A program made the translations under genes and the position numbers. Below are positions 37,128-48,070 of a stretch of 64,000 bases of DNA, in pieces. The notes under the pieces were generated by a model. The model was not told the DNA's origin, did not search any database, and worked only from the letters and a program-made list of their open reading frames with translations. This DNA comes from Squalus acanthias (lineage: Eukaryota), in NCBI GenBank assembly GCA_030390025.1, contig CM059432.1, forward strand, positions 134,976,001 through 135,040,000, written 5' to 3'. The stretch's first letter is position 1, and the number at the start of each line of letters is the position of its first letter.

Positions 37128-38517
37128 TCAAACTGGAGGAAACAATTAACATAGTTATTGTATGAAATCAGACTCAATCTATAATGAAAACATAACCTAA
37201 AAGAGCAATTATTTAGTCCTAGTTAAGCTATATAGTCTGATATTCTACATCAGCTACCAAGCTATGATCAACTATTATTTCGAGCACAATATTTAAAGAT
37301 TTAACATACCGTTAATGCAATAGTCCAGTCGCAGTTGCTTGCATTTAAGATAATGTTTAAACTTCTTTCTACAGCATAGTGAGCTGAGAAGTCTAAGTTT
37401 GACTTGAGATTTAAAAAAAAAATAAGATTAAAGCCACCTGTTGAGGCAGATTTCTTTGTCTCGTACTGTACTTTCTAAAGTGCTTGCACAACTGCAAAAT
37501 GTAAGGAAATGCACTTCCAGTCTGCATATTCTATCTTTCTAAGTTAAGAGAGGAAGTATCTACTATTCTAGCTGGTCCAGAAACCTCATGGTATTAAGCA
37601 AACTGGTAACTGGATGTTAATGTGTGGTAGCATGGACTGAGATCCTGATGGTGCACTGAGTGTTCAACCAATAGTTACTGCAATTATTGGACAGGAAACA
37701 AAAGAGGACAATCTCCACTAATGTTCTGCAACTTTGACTTTCTTCCTTTCAATGTTTGTGCGCATAGAGTCTGAAATTACTTTTGTCGTGATATATTTCC
37801 TAATTTGCATTGCAAAAGTGACAATTATAAACCCATCCTTTTAAGTTTATAATATATAAAACACAAAGTACAACCAGTGAAAGATGGCAGGTTTCAACAT
37901 ATTTGTGAAATGTACATAGGAGAGCAGCAAGCAAACAATTCAGCGCTGAAAAAACCCTAAATATCTAGTCACTTCTTTTGCACACTTTAAAAAATAAATT
38001 CTTTAATCCAAAGAAGCATACAGTGACACCTTACTATGATCTCTGTATCTCTGGAGGTATTGATAGTATTTCTATAAGGCTATCGCCAGGGTCTCTTGGA
38101 ACTTCTGTGTATTTGTGAGGTTTAAATTATTTCAAATGATTTGGAAGGGTGACATTACAGCCTGGTCTGGGCTATGAATTGAGCAGTTGAAACCAGGAAA
38201 TCTCTTTGGAGTGGTCGATACATTTAGTGGAGTCACTGAATGGATTAAAGAGTTGCTTTAATTGAAATGCATTGTACAGTACAGTTACACATATTGTTGG
38301 ATACCCTCCTTTCACTGAGGAGCTTAGCATAACCTCCTTAGTGAACACACACATTGTAATATGCCTACTAATTCACATTAATATCCTGCTTTCTTACAAT
38401 TTTTTTGCTAACAAAATATTCCTACAAAGAGCACGCTTTAATATTCATTTCTATAATTGTGATTCTTTTAATAGAAGTACAATACAAAGAACCCTCTTTT
38501 GTAACAAAAAGTAAACA

Positions 38518-38525
38518 TAAGGCAC
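38518..38525 (-). promoter_or_regulatory. miR-124 8mer site (GUGCCUUA), adjacent to a miR-30 7mer-m8 site at 38511-38517
   Basis: Plus strand reads gtaaaca-taaggcac, within the inferred 3' UTR. Confidence 0.6.
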
Positions 38526-38926
38526 TTTTATTTGCATACTTTAGAACATCTAAATTAATTATTTTTACTGTATGTATTCTTTCACAACAATATCGATTCT
38601 TTGGAATTTCTTTAAACGTTTTCACGTGAATTTTGTTGGAATGATTTGGGAAGACAGTTCTTGCTGAAACTGAGAACCTATCCAAACAATTGTTCACTGG
38701 GAGCGGTGCCTGATCACCTGCCGACACTCAGTTATTAGAAAACGCTATGTCGGTTTTGTCCTGTTACCTGAAGTGAATTATTTCTAGAAAGAGAAATAAA
38801 AGCTCGATTTTTACATCTGACGATTTTCCTTCGAGGCAGCGTAGCCTGTGATCTTCACATGGTCAACATTTTTACAATGGCAATGGACCAGCTTTTTTCT
38901 TTCCATGGTCTTGACGCTAATTTTAA

Positions 38927-38982
38927 CTATGAATGTCCATGAACAGAGGCACTTGAGAGGTCATTCCGTATGATTTCATTTA
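38927..38982 (-). CDS. NFATC1: Terminal coding exon of nuclear factor of activated T-cells c1 (long isoform C-terminus)
   Basis: Strong acceptor ttttgtctctcctcAG, phase 1, giving (V)NEIIRNDLSSASVHGHS*. This closely matches the recalled mammalian NFATC1 end LDD-VNEIIRNDLSSTSTHS (NFATC2 has VNEIIRKEF, NFATC3 VNEIIGRDM). Confidence 0.85.
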
Positions 38983-40117
38983 CTGAGGAGAGACAAAAGA
39001 GAAGTTATCACAAAGAGTCCATTTGAAGCTCTACGAGTTATTTTTACTACACTTTACTCAGTCACTACTACAAATGTCATTTGATATCATTCCCTGGTCT
39101 CCGGGCATTCCTGAAACAAAATCCTTTGCAAGGAGTGGATTCAGACTGTAGCATGCACTTTGCATGTGCACGAGTCCCATGGTACAATAAATGAACTAAC
39201 AGATGTATATAACGGTTATCTTGATTGATAACTAGTTTAACAGCTTTAATTTACAAAGTTTGCTGCCCCATGTTGTACTTCTGAATTTAAAAAAATGACA
39301 TTTTGCATGCTTTCAATTAAAACTGCATGTGAAATTACTGACTGACAAATCTGTATATCGTTAACGTCTGAAAACACTGCTGGGATGTTCTTCCATCTCC
39401 ATTAAAAAAAAATCAACCAACCAGTCAACATATTAACCTTGCAATTCTAACATGTATTGTACATGAGGCAAACTATGAAATATTATATCATCTCTGTAAA
39501 AGCAAGTTAACAATGGAGGTGAAAAATCCAATTGGCATAATAACAACTTTTCCCCCTTTCATTAGGTGGGAACTTGTTATGAATTGGAGGAGACACAAGA
39601 TACTCAGATTCAGCCACAGCAGCATTTGTTGAAAAACTACGTGATAAAACACATCAGGACGCTGTAGTCACTTGCTCATATTAGAAAGAATATTGGACTA
39701 GTTGTGCTTGCAAGTGTATTTAAATGAACCTTGCTTGGCCAGGAGTGCAGGTTTTCTTTCTTTCCCACAGTTTACCGAGTAACTACAGACAGTAACAATG
39801 TCGCGCGGCACAACATTCCTTTTTACACGACTAAAGATGCTTTTTAAAAATTAATTCTCCTGATGAGGGCGTTGCTGGCGAGGCCGGCATTTATTGCTTA
39901 TTAAGGTAGTGCTGGGCCTACTTCTTGAACCTGCTGGTAACGGTTTGATACAATGGGGTGGCTTGTTAGGCCACTTCAGAGGGTAGTTAAGAGTCAACCA
40001 TGTTGGTGTGGGACTGGAGTCACATTTAGGACCAGGCCGGGTAAGGACAACAACAACAACAACAACCAAGAGCGGCTTTAAATTAGTAAAACATCCCAAG
40101 GCGCTTCACTGCAGCAT

Positions 40118-40860
40118 TAGATTGGGAAATGTTGATGTACAAAGGGACCTGGGTGTCCTTGTACACCAGTCACTGAAAGCAAACATGCAGGTGCAGCAAG
40201 CAGTTAGGAAGGCAAATGGTATGTTGAACTTCATTGCAAGAGGATTTGAGTCCAGGAGCAAGGATGTCTTACTACAGTTATACAGGGTCTTGGTGAGACC
40301 ACACCTGGAGTACTGTGTGCAGTTTTGGTCTCCTTACCTAAGAAAGGATATACTTGCCACAGAGGGAGTGCAGCGAAGGTTCACCAGACTGATTCCTGGG
40401 ATGGCAGGACTGTCGTATGAGGAGAGATTGGGTCGACTAGGCCTGTATTCACTAGAGTTTAGAAGAATGAGAGGGGATCTCATTGAAACGTATAAAATTC
40501 TGACAGGGCTAGACAGACTGGATGCAGGGAGGATGTTTTCCCTGGCTGGGGGGTCTAGAACGAGGGGTCACAGACTCAGGATACGGGGTAGGACATTTAG
40601 GACTGAGATGAGGAGAAATTTCTTCACTCAGAGGGTGGTGAACCTGTGGAATTCTCTACCACAGAGGCTGTGGAGGCCAAGTCACTGAATATATTTAAGA
40701 AGGAGCTAGATAGATTTCTAGACACAAAAGGCGTCAAGGGATATGGGGAGAGAGAGGGAATATGGTATTGAGATAGAGGATCAACCATGATCATATTGAA
40801 TGGTGGAGCAGGCTTGAAGGGCCGAATGGCCTACTCCTGCTCCTATTTTTCTATGTTTCT
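40118..40860 (+). mobile_element. CR1 3' fragment nested in an L2/SINE tail
   Basis: QRDLGVLVHQSLK...LVRPHLEYC...NLWNSLP peptide. Flanked by attag repeats and a minus-strand L2 tail with (CAA)n. Confidence 0.9.
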
Positions 40861-41127
40861 ATTAGGAAACAAAATTTGACACCGAGCCACTAGGAGATAT
40901 TAGGGCAGATCAATGAGGTGGGTATTAAGGAGGAATCGGGGGCGGCAGTGGTGGTGGGGGGCGTCGGTAGAAGATCGTGGGCCGGGAGAAACACTAGGGG
41001 GGGGGGGGAAGGTGGGAGGAGCTGAGGTCTGAAGGGATCATGGGTCGGGAGCAGCAGCACGGGGAGGGCCAGAGGAGCGGAGGGACGAGGGAGGCCCGGG
41101 GGGGGGGGGGGGCTGGGTGGGAGAGGC

Positions 41128-41595
41128 TGACTCTGATCTCTCTGTCCTCGGCCTCTTACACTGTTCCCACGAAGCTCAATGTAAGCTCGAGGAACAGCAC
41201 CTCATCTTTGGATTCAGCACTTTACAGCCTTCTGGACTCAACATCGAGTTCAACAATTTCAGACCCTATTTTTTAACATGGTAGCTGTTGATGATCCTGA
41301 TATTCCCATTTACACCTCTCTAGACCCATCTTTTGTTTCTTTACTTGTTCCATTACCATCTCCTTTCGCTTTGTACTATCATATATTTTGCCATTTAATC
41401 ACTCCTGCCTTCCACCCTATCACAGACCTTCCCTTTTGTTCTTCCCTCCACTCCCCCCTTTCCCTGCCCCTGCACTTGCTTAAAATGTGTCACATCTCTA
41501 ACTTTTTCCAGTTCTGACGAAGGCGCACAGACCCGAAACGTTAACTCTGTTTCTCTCTCCACAGATGCTGCCTGACCTGCTGAGTATTTCCAGCC
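41128..41595 (+). mobile_element. 5'-truncated PLE relic (GIY-YIG C-terminus, 3' UTR and degenerate hammerhead at 41510-41546)
   Basis: ctcgaggaacagcacctcatcttt...ggactcaacatcgagttcaacaatttcaga matches the PLE ORF end. The motif AGTT-CTGACGA-...-GAAACGTT-AACT has a damaged stem II. Confidence 0.85.
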
Positions 41596-42654
41596 TTGTA
41601 CAGATGATGCCCAGCCACCAAAGTGGCTTGGGCCTCTCGCTGAGGACATCTGGCGGGCAACACCCACCCACAGTGAAAACCAGCCCCAAAAAAGCAACGA
41701 CACAGATTTTAGAATGTTTGAATCAACCGAAGTTATTAACAGTTTCAAAAGAAAATAAAACTCGTAAAGATTGTTGGTAAAATGCCAGGTACAAATATAG
41801 CAAAGTAGTCACACGACCGTTATTTGCCGCCTTGCGTTAAATTCTGTATTTGTGATGGAAAGAACACGGCGCCTATTTTCCACCTCTTTTGTGACTCAGA
41901 AAATGCCAGTTACATTTTAGCAGTTCAAGATTATTTGAAGCAGTGCTGCCTTATCAGTTAACATCAGTTCGCAAAATTGCTCATCCACCGACTGTTTTCC
42001 TTCATTTAAAAAAAAATTATAACCCCCACTTTTCCTGCAGATTGTCACCACAGCTCCTTTCCCACACTCAGATTGTGTCCGTTTATCTTTCTGTGTTCTT
42101 TGGCAGACGAAAAAGGAAATGACTAAACGTGACAGAATCAAGTTAACGCCACATAAACAATCTCGTATCTCTTGCCCTGATTTAGTTGTGATAACCAAAA
42201 TGTCAGTGAAGATGTCACTTGTTTGCACTTTCAGCAGTTACTTAAAATAGTTTTTTTTTTGAACTGTGTACTAGAATGACCACATCATGGAACCAGCACA
42301 GGAAAATGTACTGGCATTTCTGATGTAGCTTGTGTCATTCTGTTTCCCTATCTCCCTCTGAAAAAGAGAGATAGCAGCACTTTGGAAGACCCTGATTGAC
42401 TTTTAGCACCACAACAGCTGCAGTTGACTTAAGATGTGCAAAACAATGGATAATTTGCACTGTAGTTCTCTCACAAAAAAACCATAAACTGCACGTAAAG
42501 AAAGTATAGGATTTCTACACATTGGTGTTATAGAAGCACAGAATTTTACAGGACTGGAGGAGGCCATTCAGCCTATCCTGCTGTCCCTGTTTCCTGAATG
42601 GGCTACCCATTTAGTCCCATCTCTCTGTCATTTTCCCATATCCTTTTAATTGTT

Positions 42655-43497
42655 TTAGGCCAGGATTGGGGCTGTTTGCTGATGATTCCACAGTGTTCAG
42701 CTCTATTTACAACTCCTCTTACAACAAAGTAACCCGTGCCAGCTGACAGCAGGACCTACATAACATCCAGATTTACGTTGATAAGCGGCACGTAACATTT
42801 GTGCCACATAAGTGTCAGGTAATGATCATCTGCAATAAGAGAAAGCCAAGCCATCTCCCATTGACCTGCAATGGCAGCACCATCGCCGAATCCCCCACCA
42901 TCAACATCTTGGGGGCCACCCGAAGCTGAACTGGACCAGCCATGTCATTACTATGGTTACAAGCACAGGACAGAGGCTGCATACTCTGCGACGAGTGGCT
43001 TGCTTCCTCAAAGCCTCTCCACCATCTACAAGGCTCAGGTCAGGAGTACGATGGAGGACTCACCACATGCCTACATAGATGCAGCTGAAAGAAGCTCAAC
43101 CCCTTCAGGACAGAGCAATTCACTTAATCGATGCCCCTGTCACTAGACTCAATATCCAACCCCTCCATCACTGGTGCACTGTTGCTATAGTATCTACAGC
43201 AAGCACTGCAGCAACTTACTAAGGTTACCTTGAAATCACCTCCTTCCCTTGTGACCTCTACCACCAAGGACAAGAACAGCAATGTTGTGGGAACACCATC
43301 ACCTCAAAGTTCATCCTGACTTGGACATTTATCGTTGCTGGGTCAGAATCCTGGAATTTCCTGCCTAACACTATTGAGGGAGAAACCAACATCACACGAA
43401 CTGCAGCAGTTCAAGAAAGCCCACCACCACATTGTGAGGGCAACTGGGGATGAGCAATATTTGCAGCCCTTCCAATGTTGCCCACATCCTGTGAACA
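42655..43497 (+). mobile_element. Decayed LINE 3' fragment (1-395 family)
   Basis: LFADDST and LSTIYKAQVRSTMEDSPHA peptides plus the family 3' tail. Confidence 0.7.
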
Positions 43498-45566
43498 AAA
43501 AAGAACAACAGTCCCAACATTGACCCCTGGGGGACACCAATGTTCATAACCCTCTGTTTTTTGTCTTTTAGCCAACTTGCTTTCTATCCTGCCACATTCC
43601 CTTTAATACTATGCACCTCAAATTTATGAACAAACCCCTTATCAAACTCCTAAAGTAGGGTAATAGGATATGGTTTGGACCCATGTTATCCCTGCATGCT
43701 AAGTTGCTGATCTCGGTTGGTCTATTTGGGGGAGGGGGAGAGTAGCAGTTAGGCATTTCCTAAGAGGGAGGGCAGAGGAAACAAAATAAAGAGTGAGAAT
43801 CAATTTGTGCTACTCTTTGAATATTGAAATTACCAAAGTTGGAAGCAGGTTATCAGTTGGAAATTTGGAAGAGGGCAAGAAAACTTTTCAAAACAATTTT
43901 CAAGACATTGCAGATGTGCAAGCCACTGTGCTTTAGTGTTAACTTTTGAATTGTGAAAATAATGTTTGGCACAATACAGGCATAGAAATGGGGTGAAATA
44001 TTACAATATACAAAGTATTGGTATCAAGTCCTATTAAATGCAACTCGGTCCAGAAAGAAATTGGTGCAAGGCCTGCTCTGCAAATTCTCCCTCTGCATCA
44101 GCTGCGCACCTGCTCACCCCGGGCCTGCAACGGGCCTGGGAATATCCCCTACAAGATTTTTTTAAAAAGTGATAGTGATTCACAGCACAAATCTGCAACA
44201 GTGGTTGTGGGTTGTGCACACGACAGCTCGAAAAAGGCACACTGCCTCTTCTAAAGGTTGGCCTCAGGCTGTCAATATACTTGACCCACATATTTTTAAA
44301 AAGTGAAATCTGCTTTTGAAATATGCACTTGATTTTAACTGTTAGTGCAGAAAGGCTTTTGGCAGTCAAAGATTCAGAATGACTTGCATTAAAACCTACA
44401 CAATCTTTTTTTCCCTCCCTTTCTAGGTCTTCCAAGGCCTTGAAATGATTTAGTAGCCAAGGAGACTAGCAGATTGCTGCCAGCTTTTTGAAGTGTAGTC
44501 ACTGTTGTAATGTGGGAAACGCAGCAGCCAATTTGCGCACAGCAAGCTCCCACAAACAGCAATGTGATAATGACCAGATAATCTGTTTTTTAGTAATGTT
44601 GGTTGAGGAATACATATTGGCCCGGGACAGCGGGGAGAACTTCCCTGCTCTCCTTTGAAATAGTGCCATGGGGTCTTTTACGTCCACCTGAGAGAGCAGA
44701 CGGGGCCGCGGTTTAACGTCTCATCCGAGAAACGGCACGTCCAACAGTGCAGCACTCTTTTCAGCACTGCCATGAATACTCCGTGAGTCATTCAATTATT
44801 TCCGTCGAAACTTATTTTGAGAGATTTCCAACAAATGGGTAAATAAATCTTGTGTGAATGAGTCATTAAATATTTAAAAGATGTAATGGAATTAAGCTAA
44901 GCGACATTAGTAATCAGCTCTTATTATTCAGTAAGCCACCTTCATTGTTTACCTTCAGTGATAAATCACTACAAAAGTGACAGAGTATTCATTTGTGTGT
45001 GTTTCATCATATTTAACTTATTTTTTTTACTCAGTTGGAAATGTGGTTCTGATCGGGTTGCAAACTAATGCTGCTACTATTGATGTCAAAACTGCTCTCT
45101 GACTTGGCTGGGAGAGACACATTTCTATGTGCTGAGATAGATGGAGTCTCAGTACTTCTGTTTCTTGGCACATCGTACACATCCACTGAGTGGGAATGAG
45201 TGTTTGTCGAGAAACTTGAAATGGAGCTGCCAGTACTGGAGTTCCAATAAAAAGGAACTGAGTTGGATTTGGGATTTTTTTTTTACACAAACTTATTATT
45301 AAAAAAAGCAGTTTGATTTCTTTGCTGATTTTCCTAAATCCAACGTCCTCTTCAGGATACTAAACTGATCAAAAGCACTTGGCTGAGTCACACTTCAGAC
45401 CTTGGGCTGAAACCTGAGCCAATTTAAAGCTCAGATGCTCCGTGACTACTGAACAGGATCGTGAGTTTTACTCCTGAATCTTGTCTTCCTAACAACATGC
45501 CTCCTCTCGCCGATTGCTACTTTCCCACAGCTGGCTTCGAATTCTAGGGACCGTTGCACCACTTAC

Positions 45567-45760
45567 CTTTTGCGGAATAAAAGCAGAATTGCAGAATATG
45601 CGTGAACAGCAGGTGTGCTATCGTGCTGGGATACGAGTCAGCTTAGGAGAGCAGAGAATGCCAACTTCGAGTCCAGATGCAGTGGTTGAATTTGGGTCAT
45701 TTCGTATTCCAGAAGAATGCTCGCCTGGAACTGATCTACTGCTGTAACTTCGGTGGAAGA
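45567..45760 (-). CDS. NFATC1: Candidate alternative C-terminal cassette exon of NFATC1 (coding 45618-45760)
   Basis: Acceptor tttccttcAG and perfect donor AAG|GTAAGT. The same phase as the terminal exon gives (V)FHRSYSSRSVPGEHSSGIRNDPNSTTASGLEVGILCSPKLTRIPAR*. Confidence 0.45.
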
Positions 45761-46329
45761 CTGAAGGAAACCCCCGACAAACCAGTATAAAGGCTTAGGC
45801 TATTATTGTAGTAGATCGGGAGAACCCCATGGAGTTTCGGGGTCGCTAAGTTTAACAAAATTACATATGAATCCAACTTCCTTTTAGATTAACAAATGCA
45901 GTATATAAGCTTCATTCCTCCACAACTTGCATCATAATAATTAACACTTACTATCTCTAGAATTAAGAAGGTGCCAATTTCACTTAAATTGTTGCCTCAG
46001 TTATAACTCACAAGCTAATGCAAATCGTTTACAAATTTATCTCACATCATCTGGTTTAATCAACAAAATCTCTATTTTTTTTTGTTACAAAATGACACTT
46101 AATAGAAAACCCCTTAATTTGGAAATTTAATGATAGGCGTGATGCCTGAACTCCTACAATTTAAAAGAGCCCCAACCAGGTCACACTGAGACAACTGAAC
46201 TCTGAAGCCACAACTGGCATCACTGGTTGATTCCATGTGAAACCAAATTTTACTAATGTCCCTATCGCACTGCTAGTCCTTTACAAAACTCTACGAGGCA
46301 CAGGCTGATTATTTAAGGGCCTATGTAAC

Positions 46330-47721
46330 CTGAGCTTTTCCCTGTGTCCGTTCATTTCTTTTTCCACTTATTCCCCCCCCCTTTCCTTTTCTCTCTATCC
46401 CTCCCTGACCGCTCTCTCCTGTCGTCATGCCTCCTTTCATCTCTGCTCTCTCGGATACTCTGCCTTCCCAAATCCCTACCCCAATCCTTCATTACTCTTT
46501 GACCTTCCTACTCTCCTGCCGCCGTCCCAGGCTTGACTCCATCTTAGATGAGCCCACAGCTTCCCTCTGTGCCTCTCTTGCCATCCTCCGATGGGCCCAA
46601 TCGAGGCACTCGTCGCTGCCTCATCACGAGCAGCAACCCCAACTGTCCCATCCTACTCTCTCGCCGACCTTCCCGCCCAGCGCGCCCACTGGGGTCTAAT
46701 CGTGTCAATCTCCTCCCTGTCCAATTCATCCCCCCCAGCGCTGACCCTGTGGATGCTGGCAGTGGATCAGCCATCACCGACCCTCTCCGCATCTCCCTCC
46801 AGAATGTCCGTTCACTTGCGAACAAGGCCCTTGATATCCATAAGCTTATTGTGGATGATTGCATCGACATCATGGCCCTGACGGAAACTTGGTCATCCCA
46901 AACTCGGCTGCCCATGTCCTAACTCGCACCAAGTCCTGTTCACCCATCTCCCCTGTGCTCGCTGACCTACATTGGCTCCCGGTTATCACAGAATCACAGA
47001 ATCCCCACAGTGCAAATAGAGGCCATTTCGGCCCATCGAGCCTGCACCGACACATATCCCACCCTATCCCCGTAACCCCACGTATTTAATCCCCCCTAAC
47101 ACTAAGGGTCAATTTATCATAGCCAAATCAACCTAACCCGCACATCTTTGGACTGTGGGAGGAAACCGGAGCACCCGGAGGAAACCCACGCAGACACGGG
47201 GAGAATGTGCAAACTCCACACAGACAGTCACCCGGAGCCGGATTCGAACCCGGGTCTCTGGCGCTGTGAGGCAACAGTGCTAACCACTATGCCACCGTTA
47301 AGCAACGCTCAATTTAAAAATTCTCATCCTTGTTTTCAAATCCCTCCATGGCTTCACCCCTCCCTATCTCTGTAATCTCCTTCAGCTCCACCCCCCCCCC
47401 CCGCCCCCCCAAGATATCCGCGCTCCTCTAATTCTGCCTTCTTGAGCATCCCTGATTATAATCGCTCAACCTTTGGTGGTCGTGCCTTCTGTTGCCTAGG
47501 CCCTAAGGTCTGGAATTCCCTCCCTAAACCTCTCCGCCTCTCTTTCCTCCTTTAAGACTCTCTTTAAAACCTATCTCTTTGACCAAGCTTTTAGTCATCT
47601 GCCCTAATTTTTCCTTATGTGGCTCGGTGTCAAATTTTTTGTCTTATAATACTCCTGTGAAGTGCCTTGGGATGTTTTACTACATTAAAGGCGCTATATA
47701 AAATACAAGCTGTTGTTGTTG
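46330..47721 (+). mobile_element. Internally deleted L2 element with a nested HE1 SINE
   Basis: Endonuclease start LQNVRSLANK..DDCIDIMALTETW is joined directly to the ORF2 end (NSAAHVLTRTKS..LHWLPV), followed by an L2 tail with (GTT)n. Confidence 0.8.
46986..47297 (-). mobile_element. HE1-like V-SINE
   Basis: Near-exact reverse complement of 24217-24537, inserted in the L2 at cggtta|agcaac. Confidence 0.9.
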
Positions 47722-47839
47722 TAAGGGTTGTTCTTCGTAAGAACATAAGAAATAAGAGCAGGAGTCGGCCTTATGGCCCCTCGAGCCTGCTCTTGGTTGT
47801 TAAGGATTCAAAGAACATGGAACATAACAGAGAGAAGCA

Positions 47840-48070
47840 AATAAAAACAGAAAATGCTGGAGATACTCAGCAGGTCAGGCAGCATCTGTGAAGAGAGAAA
47901 CAGAGTTAACGTTCCAGGTCGATGACCTTTCGTCAGTTCTGACGAAGGGTCATCGACCTGAAACGTTAACTCTGTTTCTCTCTTCACAGATGCTGCCTGA
48001 CCTGCTGAGTATCTCCAGCATTTTCTGTTTTTATTTCAGATTTCCAGCATCTGCAGTATTTTCCTTTTGT
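47840..48070 (+). mobile_element. Short PLE-derived insertion: inverted pLTR palindrome with hammerhead
   Basis: 98-bp arms at 47839-47936 and 47939-48036 (2 mismatches), with TSD acagagagaagca at 47827-47839 and 48071-48083. Confidence 0.9.
47935..47971 (+). ncRNA. Minimal type I hammerhead ribozyme
   Basis: AGUU-CUGACGA-A-GGGUC-AUC-GACCU-GAAAC-GUU-AACU with a palindromic AACGUU stem III. Confidence 0.8.

Larger units (their letters stand above)
35610..38926 (-). other. NFATC1: Inferred NFATC1 3' UTR (about 3.3 kb)
   Basis: Directly follows the stop codon. It is AT-rich, has no recognisable TE in an otherwise TE-saturated window, and carries miR-124 and miR-30 seed matches. Confidence 0.6.

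Noticed and set aside
38768..38982. Internal exon ending at CAG|GTAACA (38768)
   Set aside because: The donor is weak and lies downstream of the NFATC1 stop. Continuous 3' UTR is the simpler reading.
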